NCBI RefSeq assembly: GCF_016806735.1
Contig: NZ_CP060530.1
Location: forward strand, 300,001 to 332,000
Length of the DNA stretch: 32,000 bases
Direction of reading: 5' to 3'
DNA from: Candidatus Micrarchaeum sp.
Lineage (GTDB): Archaea > Micrarchaeota > Micrarchaeia > Micrarchaeales > Micrarchaeaceae
In this document: one piece after another, positions 8,677-16,357 of the stretch
Numbering within the stretch: position 1 is the first letter of the stretch
How the letters are laid out: every line of letters begins with the position of its first letter
Position numbers and translations under genes: made by a program
Notes under the pieces: model-generated
Seen by the model: only the letters and a program-made list of their open reading frames with translations
The model's database searches: none
Told to the model about the DNA's origin: nothing

Positions 8677-10635
8677 TCAGCTCTTTCCATGCGTCAGGTA
8701 CCTGTAGCGTATCACTACATCGTTTATGACATCTATGGAATCCATGCACCTGTCGCTAAGGATCTCCATATGCTCGTAGATTTCCTTGTACTTGATTATC
8801 CTCTTTATATCCGTTCCCTGCATTATCCTCTTGAGCGACGACCGGAGTATCTGGTCGGCATCGTTCTCGTATTCCGATGCCTCTATGGCGTTGCTGCGTA
8901 TCTTTCCTATTATCTCTTCAGCTCTGAGATTGTTTAGTACCGATATGCTGTCCTTTAGGAGTGCGAAGCATTTTTCCGTTACCTCTTCCATATCAAGCAT
9001 ATCCTTTTCCACGTCCTTTATTTCGTATATCATAAATCTGGATCCTATCGCTTCTATTCCGTCCATTATGTCATCAAGCCTCTCGGCCAGGTGCGAAACA
9101 TCCCTGTATGCTATGCTGCTTGCCCCATAATTTGCGATGTAGTCAAGTATGTCGTGGACTACCAAATCAGCTTCGTGCTCCTCGCCCTTAACCAAATTGA
9201 AAAACTCTTTGTTGCTTATCTTGGATTTGAGCCTGTCGTCTATATAAGAAAAGCCCTTGTCTATGTGGCCTATGAGCTGTTCAAACTCGGTTCCTAGCGT
9301 TCTGGTTATCAGGAATATCTCGTTTTCCCTCGAGGTCTCAGAAAGCGATTTGCGCTTGGTTTCAGGGAGCAGAACCATCGTCACTACAAATCCCGCCAGC
9401 GCAAGAATGCCCAGCCCTCCAAGCAGTGCATATTTTCCAAGCTGTGTCAATATGACCGGAAAGGCCAGGGTAGAAAGCGCAGCTCCCAGCTTTCCAGACA
9501 TGGAAGCTATTCCATGGCCCCTGGCTCTGTACTGGGTTGGATATAGCTCGGCCGGATAAACATATGTTGTAGTGTTAGGGCCATAATTGGAGAAGAAAAA
9601 CGTCAGCCCGTAAATGACGAAAAAGGCAAGCGGAATTATAGAAAGCAGGTAGCTTCCAGCCAAAGCGAGCACTATGAAGCTTATTCCCATAGCCAGGAAC
9701 CCTATCGACTGTATCGGCTTTCTGCCCTCCCTGTCTATAAGCGCCACGGCAACCCAGTATCCTGGGACAGCGGCAATTACCAAAAGCAATGCTGATGCCA
9801 GCGTGGGCCCAAAGATGCCAGTATAACCCAAGAACGTTGTGAAATACGGGGTGAATATTGAAGTGCCATAATAAGATACGTCAAGCAGGAACCATGCAAC
9901 CGAAGTTCCAACCATATATTTCCAGTTCTTGGCTAGCAGCTCCCTTGGCTTTATCGAATAGCTCCTTTCCTTCGGGTCTTTTTTGCTGCTTTTGTTGGCG
10001 GTATATAAGCTGTACCACGGAGTCTCCCCGAGCTTTGTGCGTGCATAAAGTATCGTGAGCGTTGGAACGGCGCCAAATCCTAAGAGCAAGCGCCATGCCA
10101 GCTGTATCGGCACGTGGGCATAAAGCAATACCACGGCTATCAAGGCCCCTGCTATTATCCCGAATCCCTGCATGGCAAACGTAGAAGCCACAAGCTTTCC
10201 CCTGTCGTTCTTGTTGGCGTATTCCGCAACTATCGTGGCACTGAGCGGATAATCACCGCCAATTCCGACTCCCAGTATGAAGCGCCATACAAAAAGCATT
10301 ATGAAGCCAGTGGAGAACGCAGACCCTATTGCTCCTATTATCAGTATTATTATGGTAATCCAATAGGTGTATTTCCTGCCTATTTTGTCCCCTATATACC
10401 CAAATATTATCGGGCCTATCGCCGCTCCGAAAAGCGCAATGCTTGCAAGCATGCCCAGCTGCAATGCGCTAAGGTCAAAGAGTCCCCTTACCATTAGCAA
10501 AACTACGCCTATCACGAAAAGGTCGTAAGCGTCTGTGAAGAAGCTCATGCCGGATATCAGCATTATGCGTATGTGCTTCCGGTTTAGCTTAGCACCTTCT
10601 ATCTCGCTTATGTTGACGGATTCATCATGTGCCAT
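8677..10635 (-). CDS. MFS transporter (phosphate/sugar-porter-like) fused to a C-terminal PhoU/DUF47-like domain
   Basis: The N-terminal ~430 aa carry about 12 hydrophobic helices and the MFS loop motif GDKIGRK. The C-terminal ~215 aa are soluble and helical, with repeated acidic motifs EEHEADLV and YENDADQI typical of PhoU/DUF47. The ATG at 10635 is preferred over the TTG at 10641. Confidence 0.8.
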   Translation of the reverse strand: MAHDESVNISEIEGAKLNRKHIRIMLISGMSFFTDAYDLFVIGVVLLMVRGLFDLSALQLGMLASIALFGAAIGPIIFGYIGDKIGRKYTYWITIIILIIGAIGSAFSTGFIMLFVWRFILGVGIGGDYPLSATIVAEYANKNDRGKLVASTFAMQGFGIIAGALIAVVLLYAHVPIQLAWRLLLGFGAVPTLTILYARTKLGETPWYSLYTANKSSKKDPKERSYSIKPRELLAKNWKYMVGTSVAWFLLDVSYYGTSIFTPYFTTFLGYTGIFGPTLASALLLVIAAVPGYWVAVALIDREGRKPIQSIGFLAMGISFIVLALAGSYLLSIIPLAFFVIYGLTFFFSNYGPNTTTYVYPAELYPTQYRARGHGIASMSGKLGAALSTLAFPVILTQLGKYALLGGLGILALAGFVVTMVLLPETKRKSLSETSRENEIFLITRTLGTEFEQLIGHIDKGFSYIDDRLKSKISNKEFFNLVKGEEHEADLVVHDILDYIANYGASSIAYRDVSHLAERLDDIMDGIEAIGSRFMIYEIKDVEKDMLDMEEVTEKCFALLKDSISVLNNLRAEEIIGKIRSNAIEASEYENDADQILRSSLKRIMQGTDIKRIIKYKEIYEHMEILSDRCMDSIDVINDVVIRYRYLTHGKS

Positions 10636-10706
10636 AAACAAAGTCCCCCAAGCGCTTCAGATGTGTATTTTAAATTTGCCTGCCAAGCTTTAAATATGGT
10701 GGATAG

Positions 10707-11285
10707 ATGCTCTCAATAAAATCAGGAAAGCTTGGCATTGCACTTATAACTCCGCAATACGATCACGCGAATGAGATTGCGAAAATCGCCAATTCAAAGG
10801 ACATAGCTGAAAACGTCGGATCGATTGGCGAATTTCCATATCCGTACACTGAGAAGAATGCATTAGAAATGATAGATTCTGCTATATCCGCTTACAGCAT
10901 GGGCATAGGATACAACTTTGAGGTGATTCCAAAAGAAGTCGATTCCCCAGTTGGAATGGTGGGCATAAGAAATGTGGATATGCATGCCATGAGCGCGGAA
11001 ATGGGCTTTTGGATAGGCGAGAAATACCGGGGCAGGGGCTATGCAAAGGCTGCGCTTTTGATGCTTATCGGTTTCTGTTTCTCAAAGCTAGAACTGATAA
11101 GGGTATATGCAACCGCTTTAAAAAGCAATTCCAAGTCTCTAGCCCTTATGGAATCGCTCGGAATGAAAAAGGAGGGAATACTCAGGGATGCAGCAATGAC
11201 CCAAGCCGGGCCCCGGGATCAGGTGCTTCTTTCAATACTGAAGGAGGAATTCAAACCGAAATTGGACCTGGTATTTGATGAATGA
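10707..11285 (+). CDS. GNAT family N-acetyltransferase (RimJ/RimL-like)
   Basis: 192 aa with the acetyl-CoA-binding motif WIGEKYRGRGYAKAA and a RimL-like layout. Confidence 0.8.
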   Translation: MLSIKSGKLGIALITPQYDHANEIAKIANSKDIAENVGSIGEFPYPYTEKNALEMIDSAISAYSMGIGYNFEVIPKEVDSPVGMVGIRNVDMHAMSAEMGFWIGEKYRGRGYAKAALLMLIGFCFSKLELIRVYATALKSNSKSLALMESLGMKKEGILRDAAMTQAGPRDQVLLSILKEEFKPKLDLVFDE

Positions 11286-11291
11286 GCACCA

Positions 11292-11300
11292 TTTATATAA
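11292..11300 (+). promoter_or_regulatory. Candidate TATA box for the histone gene
   Basis: tttatataa lies about 35-43 nt upstream of the ATG at 11335. This argues against the longer ORF-track start at 11275. Confidence 0.4.
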
Positions 11301-11334
11301 AAGCTATCATGAAATGTATAAACACGGTGTATGC

Positions 11335-11532
11335 ATGTACATATCAAAATCAAAAATAAAAAAGATGCTCAAAGATGCCGGGGCCGAGCGTGTCAGCGAT
11401 TCAGCGGCAAAATCGTTCCAGGACTCTCTCAACAAGTTCGCCTTTGGCGTGGCAAAGAAGTCCGTGAAGTTTTGCAACCATGCAAAGCGCAAGACAGTTG
11501 AGGAATCAGATATAAAGCTTGCGTTCCAATAG
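11335..11532 (+). CDS. Archaeal histone (single histone fold)
   Basis: The 65-aa product from the internal ATG contains AERVSDSAAKSF...FGVAKKSVKFCNHAKRKTVEESDIKLA. This matches the HMf-type pattern (A.RVS ... A.HA.RKTV...DI.LA). Confidence 0.75.
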   Translation: MYISKSKIKKMLKDAGAERVSDSAAKSFQDSLNKFAFGVAKKSVKFCNHAKRKTVEESDIKLAFQ

Positions 11533-11549
11533 AAAATGAATGTGATTAA

Positions 11550-11927
11550 ATGAAGCATATAGGCGCACTAGCCAACCTCGCCATCCTTGCCTTGGTTCTC
11601 TCCTCAGTAATAAATTCGAGCGTGGCAAACCAGACAACAGCCGTCCCGATTGCGTACAGGGCGATAGTTGGCATAGTGCTAATAGTCATATGCATATTCC
11701 TTTTCTACAAATTCTTCAAGTACGCGATAGCCGGGTTGTTCGTCGTCGTAATATTGCTCATATTGCTGTCTACCACATACTACTTTTTCAAGACTGGCGA
11801 ATTCAGCATAAGCTATAGCCTGAAGTTCCTTTCTGACATATACGGTTTCTTCGCAGGAAGCACCCACAGCGTCCCGGCTGCAAATTCAATATCGGGAATC
11901 ATAAATACGACCAATGCCACAAAATAG
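11550..11927 (+). CDS. Membrane protein, function unknown
   Basis: 125 aa with a signal/anchor helix plus two further hydrophobic helices, and N-x-S/T sequons (NQT, NTT, NAT). No known motif. Confidence 0.5.
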   Translation: MKHIGALANLAILALVLSSVINSSVANQTTAVPIAYRAIVGIVLIVICIFLFYKFFKYAIAGLFVVVILLILLSTTYYFFKTGEFSISYSLKFLSDIYGFFAGSTHSVPAANSISGIINTTNATK

Positions 11928-11953
11928 GCCCTAATCTCCAATCTGCGAAAGGG

Positions 11954-11961
11954 ATTTATTA
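11954..11961 (+). promoter_or_regulatory. Candidate TATA box for RNase P RNA
   Basis: atttatta ends 24 nt upstream of the predicted RNA 5' end at 11985. Confidence 0.4.
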
Positions 11962-11984
11962 CTTAAGCTAGAGTTTATACTATA

Positions 11985-12219
11985 GCGGCGGTGGGCGGGC
12001 AGCTTACCGAAAGGAGGAAGCTCCCCTCATACAGAGCATTAAAGGGCTTAAGGCCCTATTCGGAATAGAAACGAACGGCTACGCTGCATAAAGCTATGAC
12101 ACTACGAGCGCAACGATGCCGATGAAACGCGCCGATGCAAATGCTGTGAGTATGCAAGGCCTTTGAGCCGCTCAGTCAAATGCTGCCTAAAACAGAAAGG
12201 GGGCTACGGCCCGCCGCCC
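11985..12219 (+). ncRNA. rnpB: RNase P RNA (compact, about 235 nt)
   Basis: The termini are complementary (5' GCGGCGG... / ...CCGCCGCCC 3', helix P1). The CR-I-like GAAAGGAGGAAGCUCCCC and CR-V-like AACAGAAAGGGGGCUACGG can pair as P4 (AGC-U-CCCC / GGGGGCU) with a bulged U. No ORF covers this 290-nt gap. Confidence 0.78.
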
Positions 12220-12220
12220 T

Positions 12221-12451
12221 ATGTCAAGCGATAATATGGATGAAAAAGAAAGCGAACTGATGCACGGCATGGTCAACTGCTACAACACATGCCACGAAGA
12301 TTTCGAGCATACCGTACATATGGTGGCTGCAGCACGCATGCTCACCGAAGAAAAAGTAAAGTCCGTGCTTAAAAAGATAAAAGCAGAATCAGGAAATTCC
12401 AAGGAATACCTTTCCCTGCGTTCCAAGCTGCCTGAAGATTTTCCAATATGA
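12221..12451 (+). CDS. Small His/Cys-containing hypothetical protein (76 aa)
   Basis: The ORF starts 2 nt after the RNase P RNA 3' end. It has an acidic N-terminus, a CYNTCHEDFEH motif and a C-terminal LPEDFPI. No family recognised. Confidence 0.45.
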   Translation: MSSDNMDEKESELMHGMVNCYNTCHEDFEHTVHMVAAARMLTEEKVKSVLKKIKAESGNSKEYLSLRSKLPEDFPI

Positions 12452-12640
12452 ATGGTTTACATGGTAATATATGATTCTAATTTCGGCGCATATATGTGCG
12501 AGCTGTGCATGCTGCACTATGAAACCGAGGAGCTCGCAAAAAAGTGCGAGGCTTGGGACAGGCTCCACGATTCATGCAATCTTGCCATAGCGAGCAGGAG
12601 CATAGAGGCCATTTCAAGAAGGGAATCGCTGAACAAATAA
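12452..12640 (+). CDS. Small Cys-rich hypothetical protein (62 aa)
   Basis: The ATG directly abuts the preceding TGA (TGAATG). Four Cys are present (CELC ... C ... C). No family recognised. Confidence 0.45.
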   Translation: MVYMVIYDSNFGAYMCELCMLHYETEELAKKCEAWDRLHDSCNLAIASRSIEAISRRESLNK

Positions 12641-12645
12641 AGATT

Positions 12646-12764
12646 TGGCGGGGGTGGGGTTTGAACCCACGGCCTCTAGATTTCTCGTCATCGCAATAAT
12701 TGCTCATCACTCATAATGCTATGCATATGAGTCTAGCGCTCTAACCAGGCTGAGCTACTCCGCC
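12646..12764 (-). tRNA. tRNA-Met(CAU), elongator type (an Ile2-CAU identity cannot be excluded), with a 44-nt intron at 37/38
   Basis: A manual cloverleaf fits: acceptor GGCGGAG/CCCCGCC (one A6-C67 mismatch), D arm GCUC/GAGC, anticodon stem CUAGA/UCUAG, loop CUCAUA|intron|A, T arm GUGGG-UUCAAAC-CCCAC, discriminator A. The mature length is 75 nt and no CCA is encoded. The intron segment UAUGAG is complementary to the anticodon loop CUCAUA. Confidence 0.85.
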
Positions 12765-12824
12765 ACAGAGATAAAAGCACACTAAATACCCAAACAATAT
12801 ATAAATTACTTTTGCAACCTGCTT

Positions 12825-14096
12825 CTAATTTTCCGGCAAGTGCTCCGAAATGTATTTCGAAGCCTTCTTTATAACCCTGGCAGTATTTTCATCAAAGCCG
12901 TCCCTGTAAAGCAGCTTTCCTCGGACTATAGTTGCTGCCACATTCGATGGATTTGCAGAATATACTACATCATTTACAAGATCGTTTCCTGTCATATTTA
13001 CTGATTTCCTTAAAAGTACAATATCCGCTTTGGATCCCTCCTTTATCCCATAATTCCTGTTTCCATAAAGGAAATTTGCAGCATTCAGCGTTGCAAATCC
13101 AAATGCCTCTTTTGCCGTTATTGCGCTTGGATTGTTAAGTCTGGCGCATTGCAGCAGCGTTCCGTATTTCATCTCTTCAAAAAGATTCAGTGAGTTGTTG
13201 CTGGCAACACTATCCGTCCCAAAAGTTATCCTTGCCCCGTTTTTGCTCATTTCATATATTGGTGGGATTCCGGAGCCCAGCTTCATGTTGCTTGTCGGAT
13301 TGTATGATACTGCTCCGGAATTTGCTATGATTTTAATCTCCTTTTTATTCAGCCATACGCAATGGACTGCCAGAAGCTTTTTGTTCATGAAGCCGTTTTT
13401 GTACATCCATTCGACTGGGCTAATCCCATACTTTTTCCTGTGTTCATCAACTTCGAATTTCGTTTCCGCTATGTGCATTGTCACATTCTTGCCATATTTT
13501 TCTGCCAATTCATATGCGGATTTTATTGTGCCCTTGGATGCTGCATAAACACCCTGTATTGAAATCATCGGATTAACGCCAATGTGCTTTTCGTTTCTTA
13601 TGAAACGCTCGGCATTGGAAATTGGATCTCCCTTCTGCGTGGTTTTGTCTTTGTCAAGTATAACCCAGGCCAAATTCCCCTGATAACTCATATCTCCTAC
13701 TGCTTTGGCTACTGCATCTTCGCCGTAATAGAAGTCCACAAAGTCAGTGATCCCGTTACTTATCATCTCCGCAATGCCTAAAATCGCTGAACTGTATATC
13801 ATTTCAGGGCTGTTCTTCGCATCGAATTTGGAAGTTTTATCTAGGAAATCTCCAAGGCTGAGGCCGTCAGTCATTCCCCTGAGCGGGTTCATGGCTATGT
13901 GAGCGTGCGTGTTTATTAATCCAGGGATTGCCGCTAGTCCTTCGCTTTTTGCGTTTATTACGGTTTCTGCCTTCTCCTCGACTTTTCCTATTTTGCTTAT
14001 AACGCCATCTTTGATGAGTATGTCGGCATGGACCTCTTGCATATCCTCGCGCAGCACCTTTGCTCCCTTTATCAATATGCTTTCCTTCTCCATCAT
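12825..14096 (-). CDS. Amidohydrolase-superfamily deaminase (MTA/SAH deaminase or chlorohydrolase-like)
   Basis: 423 aa with the metal ligands NTHAHIAMN (HxH), HIAET and TFGTDSVASNN. The architecture is typical of MtaD/SsnA-type deaminases. Confidence 0.85.
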   Translation of the reverse strand: MMEKESILIKGAKVLREDMQEVHADILIKDGVISKIGKVEEKAETVINAKSEGLAAIPGLINTHAHIAMNPLRGMTDGLSLGDFLDKTSKFDAKNSPEMIYSSAILGIAEMISNGITDFVDFYYGEDAVAKAVGDMSYQGNLAWVILDKDKTTQKGDPISNAERFIRNEKHIGVNPMISIQGVYAASKGTIKSAYELAEKYGKNVTMHIAETKFEVDEHRKKYGISPVEWMYKNGFMNKKLLAVHCVWLNKKEIKIIANSGAVSYNPTSNMKLGSGIPPIYEMSKNGARITFGTDSVASNNSLNLFEEMKYGTLLQCARLNNPSAITAKEAFGFATLNAANFLYGNRNYGIKEGSKADIVLLRKSVNMTGNDLVNDVVYSANPSNVAATIVRGKLLYRDGFDENTARVIKKASKYISEHLPEN

Positions 14097-15682
14097 TTTA
14101 CCTTTTTGCGTATCGGCATAATTTCTATGGGCAGGTCTTCTATGGATTTGTAGGTGTTTTCAAGCTCCTTCGGATAATAACAATATTTTTCAGTAAGCCT
14201 TTTCGCCCTTTCATAATCTCCGGAAGCTTCTATTGTATTGAGTTCCTTTACCAGCTTCATTATTGCGTTTTCTATTCCAGCCATTTCTATACCGAATCTT
14301 CCTGTATTTTGGTCGTAAGATATACCTCCGTTCTCCTTCAAATAATTGTATTCTATGGCTTGCCCCATTGCGTGTGCCTCTTTGAGGCCCATTCGCATTC
14401 CCCTGAGCAGGTTTGTCGTAAAATAACTGACATAAAACTCTTTCATATCTATGCCTTCCATCATTCCAAATCTGTTAAAATGCATTGCGCAGTAAACTCC
14501 AGTTACATCTGCCCGTGCCTCTTCTATGTGCGAAAAAAGCTCCTTCAACCTGATGGCGACTGGCTCGAATCCATTCTTTGTTTCAACCTCACTCGCGCCC
14601 AATCCGTGTGAAAGCTCATGGAACAATACAAAGTATAATGCCGCATCTTGGGACAGGAATTTCATCAGCGACGTATCGAGAATTTTGCCTGCTATGGGTT
14701 TTGAGAGGCGCTCAAATTTCATAGCTATTATATTTTTCATGAGTACCTTTTTGGATCCATGCACTGCCCTTACTTTTTCATCGTTTGGGAGATTGAATGC
14801 AGAAGTGACGAAACCCGCATTCGCTTCCCCTCCAAAGTATATCTCGTTGACAACAACTATTGGAGAGCGCGATTGGTCCTTTCGCTTGAATTTTAGCCCG
14901 TCTTCAATAGGTATTGTTGCGTCTATTTCGTCAAGATGCAGTGCAAACGATTTGAGCTTGTCCGTTTCCTTACTTTCCAAAATGCTAACATAGGATTCAA
15001 AAAATCCCTTGTAGCCGAATTTTCTGTCCTCGTACGTTTCATAAGGCCCTATAGTTGGCTCTATCCTGCTATCAAGCGCAAGCCAGAGCTCCTGCTGCCT
15101 GGAATAATCGTTTGATATAAGCGCTTCTGAGGTCGCTTTTAAATAAGCCCTAAGGGATTGGTTGTCAGCAGCCATTGCAGCCTCTTCAAGGAGCAACGAG
15201 GCCTCCTTAAGCTTGCTTCTATATTCTTCAGAATAAGCAACGGCTTCTAGCTTCCCTTGTTTTCTTCTTATTGCAGTATAATAGCTTCTTGCAGAATCCG
15301 CATCTATTGTCCCATCGGCTATGGCACTTTCAAGCTCCTGCTGGGTAAGTCCCTCAGGATATACGCCAATATCGCTGCACACTCCGGTTCCGCTTACAAA
15401 AGGCTTTAGGTTGTCCAATACATTCCACGGGGATTTGTTGAAATAAACAAAATCTAACTTTTCGGTTTCGTTTTTGGCTTCTAGCTCCTTTACAATGTCC
15501 AGAGTGGTAGGGCATATCTGTTCCATAAATACATTATCCAATATGTCCGATACCTTCTCAAGTATCCCAACTACTTTGGCCTCCGAATCGGTCAAGTCAG
15601 GTTTGCTTTCAAGCAGCTCAAAAAAAGACAGCTTTGCCAAGCCCGCTTTAATTGCCTCATCATCAAATACGTATTTAGACAT
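14093..15682 (-). CDS. M49 (dipeptidyl-peptidase III)-like zinc metallopeptidase
   Basis: 529 aa with FHELSHGLG (HExxH) followed about 50 aa later by EEARADVTG (an EExxAD second zinc motif, as in the DPP III family). The stop overlaps the amidohydrolase ATG (ATGATG/TGA). Confidence 0.65.
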   Translation of the reverse strand: MSKYVFDDEAIKAGLAKLSFFELLESKPDLTDSEAKVVGILEKVSDILDNVFMEQICPTTLDIVKELEAKNETEKLDFVYFNKSPWNVLDNLKPFVSGTGVCSDIGVYPEGLTQQELESAIADGTIDADSARSYYTAIRRKQGKLEAVAYSEEYRSKLKEASLLLEEAAMAADNQSLRAYLKATSEALISNDYSRQQELWLALDSRIEPTIGPYETYEDRKFGYKGFFESYVSILESKETDKLKSFALHLDEIDATIPIEDGLKFKRKDQSRSPIVVVNEIYFGGEANAGFVTSAFNLPNDEKVRAVHGSKKVLMKNIIAMKFERLSKPIAGKILDTSLMKFLSQDAALYFVLFHELSHGLGASEVETKNGFEPVAIRLKELFSHIEEARADVTGVYCAMHFNRFGMMEGIDMKEFYVSYFTTNLLRGMRMGLKEAHAMGQAIEYNYLKENGGISYDQNTGRFGIEMAGIENAIMKLVKELNTIEASGDYERAKRLTEKYCYYPKELENTYKSIEDLPIEIMPIRKKVK

Positions 15683-15697
15683 CAGATTACCGTAAAG

Positions 15698-15770
15698 TGC
15701 GACCGCCGGGATTTGAACCCGGGCCTCTGCCTTGGCAAGGCAACGTCCTACCAGGCTAGACTACGATCGC
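15698..15770 (-). tRNA. tRNA-Gly(GCC)
   Basis: Cloverleaf: acceptor GCGAUCG/CGGUCGC, anticodon stem UUGCC/GGCAG, loop UUGCCAA, T arm with UUCAAAU, discriminator A. Length is 73 nt. Confidence 0.9.
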
Positions 15771-15906
15771 AGTGAAAAAAGCATATCTATTTCATGAGCT
15801 AATAATTTAACCCTTTTGATGCTGCTGTGCTCTCAGGGGAACATATCCCTAATAAGATAAAAGAGCGATGCGGAAAGGCTATTAAGTTTTTTAGGCAAGG
15901 GTAATT

Positions 15907-16356
15907 ATGCAGACCGAATTCAGCGGAACTATTGATCTTGACGCTGCCCCTGATAAAGTAAAAGAGCTGATTTCGAATACCGAACTAGTGGCTTCGTGCA
16001 TACCTGATTCTAAGGATTTCAAGAAGCTGGACGCTACCCATTTCTCAATAACAGTAAATGTCGGAATAAGCATGGTCAGGGGGCCTTTCAAGCTCTCGGG
16101 CATCACCGAATCCATGGCAGACTATGTGCAATATTCGATAAGCGGAAAGGGGCTTGGCAGCGAGGTTGGCATAACAATAAAGCTTAGCGTTGCAGGCACA
16201 GGGCCATCGGCCTCAAGGGTAACATGGAGCGCGACTGCGGAATTCAAGGGCATAATAAGCGGGGTAAGCGAGCCCATAATAAGGAAGATAACAGACGAGA
16301 AGGTTGAGGAGATAGCCTCAAACCTAAAAGCAAAGCTTGGAAACAGGGTAGTTTGA
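15907..16356 (+). CDS. SRPBCC-fold protein, CoxG-like
   Basis: 149 aa. The N-terminal pattern F.G.I.L.A.PD.V...I.N.E.VA.CIP resembles CO-dehydrogenase subunit G / polyketide-cyclase-fold proteins. It lies 1 nt upstream of the ACAD gene. Confidence 0.7.
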   Translation: MQTEFSGTIDLDAAPDKVKELISNTELVASCIPDSKDFKKLDATHFSITVNVGISMVRGPFKLSGITESMADYVQYSISGKGLGSEVGITIKLSVAGTGPSASRVTWSATAEFKGIISGVSEPIIRKITDEKVEEIASNLKAKLGNRVV

Positions 16357-16357
16357 C

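Noticed and set aside
12221-12640. The butt-joined 76-aa and 62-aa ORFs as a toxin-antitoxin pair.
   Set aside because: The size and arrangement fit, but neither peptide shows any known toxin or antitoxin fold signature (no RHH/HTH, PIN, RelE or MazF motifs), and the Cys/His content points elsewhere. The idea is left open only as a remote possibility.
14060-14611. A 183-aa plus-strand ORF overlapping the amidohydrolase/M49 junction.
   Set aside because: It is antisense to the M49-like peptidase, with Phe/Tyr/Cys-rich nonsense-like composition.
15774-15906. A possible C/D box sRNA in the tRNA-Gly/coxG intergenic region (a UGAUGC element).
   Set aside because: There is no matching CUGA box D at an appropriate distance and no terminal stem. 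A single degenerate box is expected by chance in A/T-rich spacers.
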